A stretch of 63,371 bases of DNA, counting the filler, from Octopus bimaculoides (lineage: Eukaryota): the NCBI RefSeq assembly GCF_001194135.2. It is 4 parts of 4 records of this genome, joined end to end, with 100 filler letters (N's around TTAATTAATTAA, not from the genome) between each part and the next. Parts side by side here need not be neighbours in the genome. Positions count along the whole stretch, not along the records: positions 16,624 to 29,914 come from NC_069007.1; positions 30,015 to 61,350 come from NC_068987.1; 2 more parts are not named here. The stretch is one strand, 5' to 3'. Made by a program: the position numbers and the translations under genes. The notes beneath the pieces were generated by a model that ran no database searches, was not told where the DNA came from, and worked only from the letters and a program-made list of their open reading frames with translations. Shown here piece by piece: positions 24,826-37,400 of this stretch. The first letter of the stretch is position 1. Each line of letters begins with the position of its first letter.

Positions 24826-25525
24826 CAGGGTGTGGTGAATAAACTGTTGTCTAAATTAGACAAAAATGAAAATAACACTGACACCTCATTTTAACAGATA
24901 TACTTACCAAAATTATGTAAAAATATCTTGAAATACTGAAGAGTAAATTTCTTCAATAAACTCACCATTGGCTTCAGCCACAAACTCATGACAACTTCAG
25001 AATCTCTGGCAACTTTTCTGGATGGTCTCCTTGTTTAAGCTGATGAATGCTGCCATAATCCTTGCCTTCAGTTCATCTTTGGTGTTACAAGGAGTTTTGT
25101 TGGTCTCTCACTCGACTGCACCCCACACATAATAACAATGGGGTTGCAGTCTGGGGAGTTAGGTGGCCAGATGTTAGGGGTGGTGTGGTCACAGAAATTG
25201 TCTGACAGCCATGACTGGGTTCTCCTGCTTGTGTGGGATGGTGCAGAGTCCTGTTGCCAGACATAGGGTCTTCCAGTAGCCATCCTCTTGACCCAGGGCA
25301 GCACTACCTCCTCCAGGCACTTGATGTAGGCCTCCATGTTGAGTGTGAACCTGTGTGGGAAAATGAGTGGAGGCATAACGTCAGCATCACTAGTGATCAC
25401 TCCAGACACCATGATGTTGACTGGATGTTTGATTTTTATCACTCTTGGTACATGTCCTGATGTTGCAGTGTCTTCAGATTGACACCCAAACACTCTGAAA
25501 TGTTTGTATTGGAGCTTCTGGCATG
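24826..25525 (-). mobile_element. Decayed maT (DD37D)-type Tc1/mariner element 3' half with TIR
   Basis: WQQDSAPSH...WPPNSPDCNP with 37-residue spacing to the expected third D (lost by frameshift); TA|CAGGGTG terminus at 24824-24832. Confidence 0.8.
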
Positions 25526-25828
25526 TTAAGAAAGGATAGGAAAATATTAGATTTATAAGCCCTAAAATTCACTCCCTAATTGCCCATGGGCATATGGCAT
25601 AGTGGTTAAGAGCGCGGGCTACTTACCTCAAGATTCCGAGTTCGATTCCAGGCAGTGACCTGAATAATAATAATTATATCGAAAAAATACCTTAGGAATG
25701 AGAAGCCAGGTTTGAAATTTCCCCAAGGCACCTGATGAAGGTTGGCGGGTATATCAACCGAAACGTTGTGTTAACAACAAACGAGATGAGGACAAATATC
25801 CGTCAAATGTAAATAATGTAAATAATGT
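25526..25828 (+). mobile_element. PLE 3' end / SINE-like unit: ORF tail, tRNA-like A/B boxes, hammerhead motif, (TGTAAATAA)n tail
   Basis: LRKDRKILDL* at 25526-25558; A box TGGCATAGTGG 25595-25605; B box GTTCGATTCC 25640-25649; 3' ~140 nt homologous to the PLE pLTR at 43370-43503. Confidence 0.75.
25727..25772 (+). ncRNA. Minimal type I hammerhead motif (dimer-type stem III)
   Basis: ggcac-CTGATGA-a-ggttg/caacc-GAAA-CG-TT^-gtgtt; palindrome AACGTT. Confidence 0.65.
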
Positions 25829-26000
25829 GTTATTCTTTGTAAGCCTAGTATTTTTTCTATTGGTCTCTTATGCGGAACCGCTATGTTATGGGGACATACA
25901 CTCACCAACATTGGTTATCAGGCAATGGTGGGAGGACAAAAAGACAGAGAGACAAACGCAAACATATACACACACATCTATGTCTGCTTGTCTATCTATC

Positions 26001-26035
<35 letters not shown>

Positions 26036-26069
26036 TGTAGTTAAATGCAGGTGTTATTCAAATTCTTTT

Positions 26070-26158
26070 ACTTCCGACACATGTTTCGAAGATATCACTG
26101 GTATTATTCCAAAGGAATGAAATCGTGTAAATCAATGTGATCTTCTCTTCAGGGAAAT
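26070..26158 (-). ncRNA. Type I hammerhead ribozyme, all conserved positions intact
   Basis: atttcc-CTGAAGA-gaagat(cac)...(gtg)..atcttc-GAAA-catgtg-TC^-ggaagt; stems I and II 6 bp each, GUC triplet. Confidence 0.75.
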
Positions 26159-27097
26159 GAAGAAATGAAACTCATCAATAAGACATTTTAACAGAATATG
26201 ATGGATATGTATAGTGATTAACTGAACGCTAATGAGTTTGTTTTGAAAAAAATGTTTGATGATATAACGCTAAAGGTAGCCTCTAGAAAGAGGAGGGGTA
26301 AAAGAAAGAAGAAACTAAATAAATGAGAAGTATATAACTATATGTGTATTAAATAAAACCATTTAGACTTGGAAAAAGATATATTTAGTGAATGTGAAAT
26401 GTAAGAAGAAATTTAATGTTTAACAAGGGAAAAATATACATATATATNNNNNNNNNNNNNNNNNNNNNNNNNNNNNNNNNNNNNNNNNNNNNNNNNNNNN
26501 NNNNNNNNNNNNNNNNNNNNNNNNNNNNNNNNNNNNNNNNNNNNNNNNNNNNNNNNNNNCTGGACCGCTTCCTGTTGGCCTTGACACATTTCCTGTGGCC
26601 AACAGGAAGCGGTCCAGCTTCCTAGGGCTAAATAGCAGTAGTATATTCCCTTATTGGGACTGTCACGTTAAGTTGACAGTATACAACTACTTTATATATA
26701 TCTCGTTGCTATTTTGCAGAAGTGAGTTGTAAGTCCAAAACGTTGCTTTTTCAGAAAATGAAAAAATAATTTCACCATTTCATTTCCTTTTTACATTAGC
26801 AACAGGTTCAGCTTAACGATACTTTGTTGGGTGCATAAAATGGTAACTCGATGCATTTATATTTCCAGTCAGAAATACTTTTGCAAAACTGTAATTTTGA
26901 AAAATGCTAAACTGCTGTACTTCACTTTGACAATTTTCATCTGAAACAGTGAGAGATACAATAGTTTAACCAAAAGAACCAGCTATTGCAAGCAAAATTA
27001 AATATTGTAAAAAAGGAATTTGGCCAAATTTGGATATATGACAGTTTAACAAAATAGCAACAATATATATATATGTATATATATATATACACACACA

Positions 27098-27175
<78 letters not shown>

Positions 27176-27844
27176 CACACACATGCACATACATGACAGG
27201 CTTTCAGTTCCTGTCTACCAAATCCACTCACAAAACTTTGGTTGGCCTGAAGCTATTGTAGAAGACAGTTGCTCAAGGTTTCATGCAGTGGAACTGAAGT
27301 TGGAACCATGTGGTTGGGAAGCAAGCTTCTAACCAGATGACCACACCTGTGCCCCCCCCCCATCTTTTCTCTTATCATTTACTTGTTTCAATCTTTAGTA
27401 CTTATTTTATTGATCTCTGAACTCCTAAGTTACTGGGATGTAAACACACCAACACCAATTGTCAAGCAGTGGTGGGGAACACACACACACATACATTCAT
27501 ACATATACACACAACAGGCTTTTTTCAGTTTCCATCTAACAGATCCAAGTTTTTGGTTGGCCTAAGGCTTATTGTAGAAGACATTTTTCCAAGGTACCAT
27601 GCAATGGGATTGAACCCAGAGCCATATCTGCGCCTATAAATACACATACACACATATACAATGGGCTTCTTTCAGTTACCATATACAAAATCCACTCACA
27701 AGGCTCTGGTCAGCCCAAAGTTACAGTAGAAGGTGCCACATAGTGGGACTGAGCCAGAAGGCCAATCTGAAGACGCTGGGCTTTATGAAAGAGATATCTA
27801 GCACCTTGCTGTACTCAAGAAGACCTGTCACAGCAGAATTGATA

Positions 27845-27970
27845 CTGGTGTTGGTGCCACATTAGAAGCACTGGTGCTAGTGCCACATTAGAAGCACTGG
27901 TGCTGGTGCCACATAAGTGCTGGTGCTGGTGCCACATAAGCACTGGTGCTGGTGCCACATTAAAAGCACC
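27845..27970 (+). repeat. Minisatellite of five 23-26 bp units (GGTGCTGGTGCCACATTAGAAGCACT) within an RTE-tail-like repeat
   Basis: Direct inspection of tandem units. Confidence 0.8.
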
Positions 27971-28336
27971 CAGTACACTATGGAGTGGTTAGCATTAGAA
28001 AGGGAATCCAGCTGTAGAGACCATGCCAGAACAATGGAGTCTGGTGTGGTTCTTGGCCTTAACAGCTCCAGTCATACAGTCCAGCCCATGCCAGCATGGA
28101 ACATGGACGATAAGTGATAATAATGATGAGGCTAAATGAAAAATGTAATTACACATATTTCAAGGTACTAAAAATAAATAATGCTTGACAACTTGTGTGG
28201 TGTGCTTACATTCCTGTAACCTAGCAGATCAACAAAAGAGACTGATGGAATAAATAAAAAGCAGTGAGGCTGACTCATGAGACCAAAACCCTTGAAGGCT
28301 GTGCCCCAACATGGCCACAGTTTAATGACTGAAACA

Positions 28337-28705
28337 GGCATTGGCTGTGTGGTAAGAATCTTGCTTACGAACCACATGGTTCCGGGTTCAGTTCCACTGC
28401 GTGGCACCTTGGGCAAGTGTCTTCTATTATGGCCTCGGGCCAATGAAAGCCTTGAGTGGATTTGGTAGATGGATACTGGAAGAAGCCTGTCGTATGTGTG
28501 TGTGTGTGCGCCTTTATGCTTGTGTTTGTCCCTGTCATCAACGCTTGACAATCGGTGTTGGTGTGTTTAGATCCCAAAAGTGACCTATAGAATACGTACT
28601 AGTCTTCAAACAAAAAGAAGTTTTCGGGTCGATTTCTTCGACTAAAACCCTTTAAGGTGGTGCTCCAGCATGGCCGCAGTCAAATGACTGAAACAAGTAA
28701 AAAAA
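28337..28705 (+). mobile_element. tRNA-derived SINE (internal-microsatellite family)
   Basis: TGGCTGTGTGG and GGTTCAGTTCC boxes; conserved 3' end GGTGCTCCAGCATGGCCGCAGTCAAATGACTGAAACAAGTAAAA. Confidence 0.8.
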
Positions 28706-28765
28706 TATAGTACTGTGTGTGTGTGTGTTCGAAAAACACAATATATATAAGCACGAACAAATGGA

Positions 28766-28809
<44 letters not shown>

Positions 28810-29217
28810 TGGCAAAGTTAAAGAATATGCACACCTGGTATTTAGGGTTAGGGTTACACCAAAAACAGGTAGTGTGCATATTTTTTTACCTCCATCCAGA
28901 ATGTCGCCAACCCCTTCAGCCTTCAGTCCAAAGGATTGCAGCAANNNNNNNNNNNNNNNNNNNNNNNNNNNNNNNNNNNNNNNNNNNNNNNNNNNNNNNN
29001 NNNNNNNNNNNNNNNNNNNNNNNNNNNNNNNNNNNNNNNNNNNNNNNNNNNNNNNNNNNNNNNNNNNNNNNNNNNNNNNNNNNNNNNNNNNNNNNNNNNN
29101 NNNNNNNNNNNNNNNNNNNNNNNNNNNNNNNNNNNNNNNNNNNNNNNNNNNNNNNNNNNNNNNNNNNNNNNNNNNNNNNNNNNNNNNNNNNNNNNNNNNN
29201 NNNNNNNNNNNNNNNNN

Positions 29218-29259
<42 letters not shown>

Positions 29260-29262
29260 TCA

Positions 29263-29635
29263 GGCGTGGCTGTGTGGTAAGAAGCTTGCTTCCCAACCAC
29301 ATGGTTCTGGATTCAGTCACACACTGTGGCATCTTGGACAAGTATCTTCTACTATAGCCTTGAGCCGACCAAAGCCTCGTGAATGGATTTGGTAGACAGA
29401 AACTGAAAAGAAGCCCGTCGTACATATGTATGCATTTGTGTGTGTGTGTCTGTGTTTGTACCCCCACCGTCACTTGACAACTGATGCTGGTGTGTCTAGG
29501 TCCCTGTAACTTAGCGGTTCGGCGAAAGAGACCGACAGAATAAGTACTAGGCTTACAAAGAATAAGTCCTGGGATCGACTTCTTCAATCAAAACCATTTA
29601 AGGTGGTGTTCCAGCTTGGCCGCTGCCAGATGATT
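29263..29635 (+). mobile_element. tRNA-derived SINE (internal-microsatellite family)
   Basis: Colinear with 28337-28705 and with the reverse complement of 60001-60390. Confidence 0.8.
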
Positions 29636-29696
29636 TCAAAATTAGGTACTTTAATTGAGGCACCTCGTTAGGTCCTGATAATATACACACACAACA

Positions 29697-29748
<52 letters not shown>

Positions 29749-29914
29749 TTCTAGCGCATTAATTGTCCACGTTAGTGGTCGACGTTATTTTTTAAAACGT
29801 ACCTTAATCCCCTGAGATTGCAGATAATATTTCTGAATCTCTTTGATTCTTTAGATGTGCTGGCCTCCTGATAATTAATCGATATTAATTAATATATGAT
29901 TAATTAACAGATTT

Positions 29915-30014
29915 NNNNNNNNNNNNNNNNNNNNNNNNNNNNNNNNNNNNNNNNNNNNTTAATTAATTAANNNNNNNNNNNNNNNNNNNNNNNNNNNNNN
30001 NNNNNNNNNNNNNN
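29915..30014. other. Artificial 100-bp scaffold joiner
   Basis: N44-TTAATTAATTAA-N44. Confidence 0.95.
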
Positions 30015-30689
30015 TATATATGAGAAAAGTTGAGTTCAATTGTTCAATTTCATCACTTTGGGATGGAGCTCCAACGTTAGATTTCTAATAAAGATTCTTC
30101 ATATTAAATTTGTAGCTTAAAATTTTACAAGTATCAGGTTTCTTATGAGCATTTATAGAGCACGTATCCTATATAAACTCAACAAACAATTAAAGATGGA
30201 AAACAGAAGATGTTAAAAGATGTATAAAATTTTAATCTGTGCATATGATCGTTTCGAATGGTAACACCAACATGTAAGAAACATGGAAGAAATTAAATTA
30301 ATTATAATTATAATTTAATTTAATTAATTACATATTACCATTCTCCTCAATGCAAAAAGAAGAGTTTTAGTTCTTACACAGCTAAACTCAACACTACCAA
30401 AGCATGTTATTGTATGTCATCTTTCATAATCATTTTATGAATAACCGAATGAGTTATGTGACATGGACTCCATATAGTCTTATATTACAACATAATATTC
30501 TTCTGATACTATCTTTCTGATGTATTATTTGTCAAAAATAGCCGCTGAAAATGCTCAGAAGCTTTTAGCTCCGGCATTTGAAACTCACTTAGGCCTATGG
30601 GTCATAAAACAATCAACGAACAATGTTACATTAAGTTATTTCTTTAAACAGATGGTCAAAGATAAAAGATAAGAGGAAGACATAGAGAA

Positions 30690-31340
30690 TGAATTTAAGC
30701 CACTCAAGCTGCTCGTAGTAGAACTCCTTTGTTATCGTTTGGTTTGGGTTTCAAAGTTCATATCCCACCAAATAACATCTTACGTTGATGAAGATCTTCT
30801 CTAGCCTAACCACTGTCTTCGGCGCTTGGTATTTTTATCGAGAGCCCGTTTCTTGTCACCAGTCACTATTCGGTCCAAAAACGGTTCATTCGTGAGACGT
30901 GACAGCAAAGAGCTCACATTCACTCATTGCGCGCGATCTTACTCGGAAAGTTTGTGAGGAACCCATTGAAACAGCTGCAAGTGTCGATGAATAGTTGAAT
31001 GACCAAATCCAAACTTCACTACTAATTCCTCCACAGTTACAATGAGATTTTGTTCCAACAGGGTTTGCAGGACTCCTCGTCGAGCTCTAATAGATCTTCC
31101 ACGACGAGGTTCGTCTTCCAGGCTTTAGTTTCCGGCTCGGAATTTCTGGAACCACCGTTGACACTGGCTTACGTTTATTGTCCGATCCCCATACACTGCA
31201 TTAATATTCTTCGCACTTTCCGTTGTGTTGTTGCCTTTATTGAACTCATAAAGCAAAATATGCCGAATAGGCTTCTTTGTCACTTCTATTCTAGCTTTGA
31301 AAAAATAACTGTTAAAATCGAATTGCATTTTTCAAAATTT
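30690..31340 (-). mobile_element. Decayed mariner (DD34D-type) transposase, N-terminal half
   Basis: IRHILLYEFNKGNNTTESAKNINAVYGD...CQRWFQKFRAGN*SLEDEPRRGR; FLDRIVTGDK. Confidence 0.85.
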
Positions 31341-31751
31341 GCGCTAAGAATAAGTACGAGATAAAATTACTACATGCTTTTATAGCAAGTAGTTTCTTCC
31401 GTCCCCCAGGGCCGGCCTTAAGCCGATTGGGCCGATTGCTTCCAATCAGGCCCCACGCCGAAGGGTCGTCATTAAGTATGTTTGTATGGGAATGTTTGAG
31501 TAAAATATTTGTTATCTGTGAGAGCATGTATGCGGGTGAATTGTATGTATATATGTGTGTACATGTTTTGTGTGTGTCAGTTTCTATAGATATGTTTAAT
31601 TTTGGGGAAACTTCTTTTATGTCAATACAGTGTAAAGCGCTTTATTTAATATGTGACATTAATAAAAATCTGTAAATGTACAAACATCCAGATTTCTGAG
31701 TACCTTAATTTTTTTCTATATAATTTCTGTACATCACCTCCAAACCTTCAA

Positions 31752-31797
<46 letters not shown>

Positions 31798-33337
31798 ATN
31801 NNNNNNNNNNNNNNNNNNNNNNNNNNNNNNNNNNNNNNNNNNNNNNNNNNNNNNNNNNNNNNNNNNNNNNNNNNNNNNNNNNNNNNNNNNNNNNNNNNNN
31901 NNNNNNNNNNNNNNNNNNNNNNNNNNNNNNNNNNNNNNNNNNNNNNNNNNNNNNNNNNNNNNNNNNNNNNNNNNNNNNNNNNNNNNNNNNNNNNNNNNNN
32001 NNNNNNNNNNNNNNNNNNNNNNNNNNNNNNNNNNNNNNNNNNNNNNNNNNNNNNNNNNNNNNNNNNNNNNNNNNNNNNNNNNNNNNNNNNNNNNNNNNNN
32101 NNNNNNNNNNNNNNNNNNNNNNNNNNNNNNNNNNNNNNNNNNNNNNNNNNNNNNNNNNNNNNNNNNNNNNNNNNNNNNNNNNNNNNNNNNNNNNNNNNNN
32201 NNNNNNNNNNNNNNNNNNNNNNNNNNNNNNNNNNNNNNNNNNNNNNNNNNNNNNNNNNNNNNNNNNNNNNNNNNNNNNNNNNNNNNNNNNNNNNNNNNNN
32301 NNNNNNNNNNNNNNNNNNNNNNNNNNNNNNNNNNNNNNNNNNNNNNNNNNNNNNNNNNNNNNNNNNNNNNNNNNNNNNNNNNNNGAAATACAAACACACA
32401 CCCCTAACAAACCACAACATATGACAATAATTTCCCCATAAACCAATAACAATATGAACAAAATATAATACAATACATAGATAAACAAATGGAATTAAAT
32501 ACTACATACGTTAACAAAATTAAAGTAAATACAAAAAAGGTAGGTATAAACACATGAACAAATAAATAAATAAAAACAAAAATAAACGAACATGTATTAA
32601 CAGAGGATATAGATAATACAGGCACTCCCCATACACACACATGCACTTACAAAACATAGACACAAATTGAGGGATACGCATTCGTAGACACATACAATAG
32701 GAATACAAAATACAAAATGGCTGATAGTTAGCAAGGTGGGACACACATAAGAAAGAAGAAAGCAAAGGACCACTGATGAGGTCACAGAAGTGTGACGAAA
32801 GATCTCTGGCCGAAATAGGATTAATGTAATGTAATATAAAGTTGAAACAAATTAGCACCAAAATATACAATGCGTGTGTTTTTATTGGCTAAACTGGCNN
32901 NNNNNNNNNNNNNNNNNNNNNNNNNNNNNNNNNNNNNNNNNNNNNNNNNNNNNNNNNNNNNNNNNNNNNNNNNNNNNNNNNNNNNNNNNNNNNNNNNNNN
33001 NNNNNNNNNNNNNNNNNNNNNNNNNNNNNNNNNNNNNNNNNNNNNNNNNNNNNNNNNNNNNNNNNNNNNNNNNNNNNNNNNNNNNTATATATATATATAT
33101 ATGAGGTATGTTGGTGTCCCTTTGCCTTGACATGACACGATAGTTGTCGTTGAGTACCGCCGTCATACAAATCATGTCCTTTGTTTCTAATCTTCCGTAA
33201 GCACATGTCCTCCAAGGAAATTACCTTCTTTACGAACAGGTAACGGTCTGCAACAAAAGATCATCTGTTTGTAGAAAATCTACTGCAACATACTCCGTCT
33301 GTCCCATGCAAACATGAAAAAGGGGTCGTTAATTATG

Positions 33338-33390
<53 letters not shown>

Positions 33391-33759
33391 GATGGCACTG
33401 ATATAGAGGTTCTTTTGATGGTTGTATAGAAATTTCTGTGTCCGTGGTTAAAGACGAACATTTGTAACTCAATGGTTTCGGCTATCTACCAAGAAGGACT
33501 TCATTTTCATTCTTCTTTTATGGTCTCATGTCAAATGCAGCAGTCTTTGGTAAAAATAAAAACAGCTACTTGATCCCGAACAGCACAAAGACGGGGTACC
33601 AATGACCAGAGGATTTCTGAAAATTATATCAGAAATTCAATGCTGACTACAATCTATCAATCAGAAAGAACAGGGACTAACTTAAGAAAAGATGGCAGTT
33701 GCTCCAGTCGCGAGCGAAGTCATAAGAGACTTTCACAACCTCAGAAACAACATCGCAGC

Positions 33760-34150
33760 AGACCCTGAGAATATCCCTACTGATCTAAAATGTTGATCCT
33801 GAACTTAAAACATTATTAATAATTCTACTCAATATAATATGGAAAAATGTAATCGTACCTCAATATTTCAAGAACGTTAATATCTCTGAGCTGCACAAAA
33901 ATGAATACAGACTTGACATCAGAAACAGTCATGGAATGACATGCTTCTCCGCAGTCAGTAAGATGCACACCAGAACAGTATTCTGAATTCTAATGATCCT
34001 AGTTGGTAGCGGTCACTACATCTTACCTGAAACACAATGTGGATTTCACTCTGAAAGATGCCATTGATATGATCTATCTGAGACCGATATACAAGAACAA
34101 AACCCACCGAAGAGAGCTTTTGTAAGTCATACCATTCTGTATGCTGCAAA
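33760..34150 (+). mobile_element. Highly decayed RTE-BovB-like RT fragment
   Basis: ILPETQCGF...QEQN...KRAF-like motifs. Confidence 0.45.
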
Positions 34151-34509
34151 GGTCAGATTAACTAAAAGAAAGTGCAATAAGTTACATATTAGTGAACATA
34201 ATAAGTGCAAAGATCGGAGCAAAATACGGATGTATCTTTTACGGTATTACACACACACACATATATATATATATAAATATATATATATAATATAAATAAT
34301 ATATATATACACACACACACTCATATATATATATTATTTATATTACTATTTAATTGAACGCCACGCATCCATTTCCAAGTAAGTTTATATGTGTGTGTAT
34401 GTGTGTGTGTGCACGCGTGTGTGTGTGAGTATATATGTATAAATATATATATATATGTATATATGAACGTATGTATGTATGTATGTAAATGCGTTTCCTG
34501 TTTTCTGTC

Positions 34510-34629
34510 TTCTCAGTTTTTCGCGTTACTTCTATTATTCAATTTTTTTTAGTTCGTTATATGTGATTTGTACCTGAAGAATATGTTTGTATTATTTCTC
34601 ACATCTGAAACTATTAGTACTGCTTAAAT
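34510..34629 (+). repeat. ~120-bp repeat with hammerhead-like core, copy 1
   Basis: CTGAAGA 34574-34580, atgt/acat stem II, GAAA 34607-34610, ctattagta; homologous to 36544-36668. Confidence 0.5.
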
Positions 34630-34632
34630 ACA

Positions 34633-34668
<36 letters not shown>

Positions 34669-34941
34669 CATATACACACACATATATATNNNNNNNNNNN
34701 NNNNNNNNNNNNNNNNNNNNNNNNNNNNNNNNNNNNNNNNNNNNNNNNNNNNNNNNNNNNNNNNNNNNNNNNNNNNNNNNNNNNNNNNNNNNNNNNNNNN
34801 NNNNNNNNNNNNNNNNNNNNNNNNNNNNNNNNNNNNNNNNNNNNNNNNNNNNNNNNNNNNNNNNNNNNNNNNNNNNNNNNNNNNNNNNNNNNNNNNNNNN
34901 NNNNNNNNNNNNNNNNNNNNNNNNNNNNNNNNNNNNNNNNN

Positions 34942-35775
34942 TCCTGAAATATTGTGTTTCCCTCCGGAAAGAGTTCCGCAACTATAGAATGAATTTGATC
35001 AGATAAAATGTTCAACTTCACTAGAACGTTCCTCGTGCCATTCAGTAACAACTTTAGCTGTGTGAATTGGTGCATTGTCATCCTGAAATATTGTGTTTCC
35101 CTCCGGAAAGAGTTCCGCAACTATAGAATGAATTTGATCAGATAAAATGTTTAAATAGTCTTGACTATTAATTGTGCCATGAAGGGAAACCATTGGCCTA
35201 GCGGATTTCCAAGTTATAGTCCTCCCCACCCAGATCATCACAAATCCTCCTCCATGTTTAACAGTTGGAAGAAGGCAGTCTGAGTCAAATGCTTCTTTTG
35301 ACTTTCTCCACACATATATTCGGCCAGTGGCTGGAAATAGAGTAAAGGATGACTCGTCCGAGAAAATAACATTCTTCCTCTGCTCTAGGGACCAATTCTG
35401 TAAGTTTTTATTCCACTCTAAACACTTTGCAACATTTGTTTTTAAAAGTAGTGGTTTTCTGGTTGCAGTCCTCTCGTGAAATCCGGCTTTGTGCAGCTCA
35501 CAGCGAACAGTTTTTGTGGAAACTGGGTTCTCGAGGTGGTCATTAAGCTCTGCTGTAATTTTGGGAGCTGTACTTTTGTGATCCTTTCTAACAATTCGCG
35601 TAAGAGTCCGACGGTCCCTATCTGAAAGTTTTGGTTTTCTCCCGGAGTTTTGTTTTGATGAGGAGGTTTTTCCCTCTTTCTCAAAAGCTGTCATTACCTT
35701 CGATACAGTACTTCTTGATACATCAAACATTTCGGCTGTTTTTGTTATGATAGTGCCTGGCATACGAGCACCAAC
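34942..35775 (-). mobile_element. Tc1 (DD34E) transposase, 254-aa open stretch, both ends in gaps
   Basis: HTH region, RKPLL, VIFSDESSF, TVKHGGG, FQDDNAPIH; third catalytic residue not present in the sequenced part. Confidence 0.9.
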
Positions 35776-36543
35776 NNNNNNNNNNNNNNNNNNNNNNNNN
35801 NNNNNNNNNNNNNNNNNNNNNNNNNNNNNNNNNNNNNNNNNNNNNNNNNNNNNNNNNNNNNNNNNNNNNNNNNNNNNNNNNNNNNNNNNNNNNNNNNNNN
35901 NNNNNNNNNNNNNNNNNNNNNNNNNNNNNNNNNNNNNNNNNNNNNNNNNNNNNNNNNNNNNNNNNNNNNNNNNNNNNNNNNNNNNNNNNNNNNNNNNNNN
36001 NNNNNNNNNNNNNNNNNNNNNNNNNNNNNNNNNNNNNNNNNNNNNNNNNNNNNNNNNNNNNNNNNNNNNNNNNNNNNNNNNNNNNNNNNNNNNNNNNNNN
36101 NNNNNNNNNNNNNNNNNNNNNNNNNNNNNNNNNNNNNNNNNNNNNNNNNNNNNNNNNNNNNNNNNNNNNNNNNNNNNNNNNNNNNNNNNNNNNNNNNNNN
36201 NNNNNNNNNNNNNNNNNNNNNNNNNNNNNNTATAATGTATTATTCTGTGATTGAAAATTCACCCAAAAAGTATTGCATCTGGTGAGAGATAAATATTTAA
36301 AGGGCACAATACATATATTTAAGCGCTACTAATAGTTTCATATGTTGAGAAATACTCTCAAATATTCTTCAAACGCAAACCACATATAACGAACTAAAAA
36401 AAAAATTGAATAATTAAAGAGACGCGAAAAATATGAGGTCTAAGGAGCATAGCTCTTTTATGTTTTTACTTTTTATTTTTTACAATTTAGTTTTTGCGTT
36501 TTTGTTTTCCGTGTTTTACTTTCTGCGTTTTCTATATGCTACC

Positions 36544-36668
36544 TTCTCAGTTTTTTCGCGTTTCTTGAATCATTCAATTTCTTTAGTTCGTTATGATATG
36601 TCATTTGCGCCTGAAGAACATGTCTGAGTATTTCTCAACATCTGAAACTATTAGTAGAGCCTAAATAT
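36544..36668 (+). repeat. ~120-bp repeat with hammerhead-like core, copy 2
   Basis: CTGAAGA 36611-36617, atgt.tgag/ctca.acat stem II, GAAA 36644-36647, ctattagta. Confidence 0.5.
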
Positions 36669-37400
36669 ATGTATTGTACCCTGTAAATAAATAATATCAT
36701 GCATTACATAGAAATAATGGGTAAACAAGTATTCTTTTCCCTTCACTCTATTTATTATGCTGACAAGAAGGTATCCATTTTATTTCCCTATATCCCTTTC
36801 CTTATAATTCCATCTTCATTTTTATTTTCATTTCTATTTTTGTTGGTTTTGCTTTAAGTTGCTTTTATTTTGTTTTGGTTTTATCTCACTCCCTTTATAC
36901 TTGTGTAATTTACTCTATCATCCTCTATAAAAACTATATCTTACTATTGCAGCTGCACCAGTAGTCTATAATTTAGGATTATATTATAGTCTTAATCTTA
37001 TTATTATTTTATTTGCATAGTCTGTTTCTAATTCCCGATTACTAATTTTAATCTTTACTGTAAACTATTTATAGTTATATGAAATCGTGGGAAATATATA
37101 TTACTAGAGTAAAAAAATAAGTACTGGGGGTGGTTTGTGCGACTAGACACTCCAAGGCGGTGCCCCAGCATGACCACAGTTCAATGACTTGAACGAGTAA
37201 AAGATGAAAGATATATACATTTCTTCACATTTCGTCATACTTATGTCAAATGTTATGAATAAGGATTATTTTGACGGAAACGATGAGAATTAATTTTTAA
37301 GGGGGTGGTTATAGTATCCTAGTCCTCCTCTAGCTCTGGATTTATCTAACCTTAATTAAAAGATATCAGATTGTTATTTTCACCTTCGTTGATATTTCAG

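Noticed and set aside
27845-27970. Regularly spaced short repeats considered as CRISPR-like
   Set aside because: Units are directly tandem with no unique spacers, in a eukaryotic LINE-UTR context; it is a minisatellite.
29830-29880. Possible short minus-strand exon ending at a gtacgt donor
   Set aside because: Weak acceptor and no recognisable peptide.
34942-35012. Exact 71-bp duplicate of 35081-35151 inside the Tc1 ORF
   Set aside because: It abuts an N gap and is identical; most likely contig-end overlap or misassembly rather than a real rearrangement.
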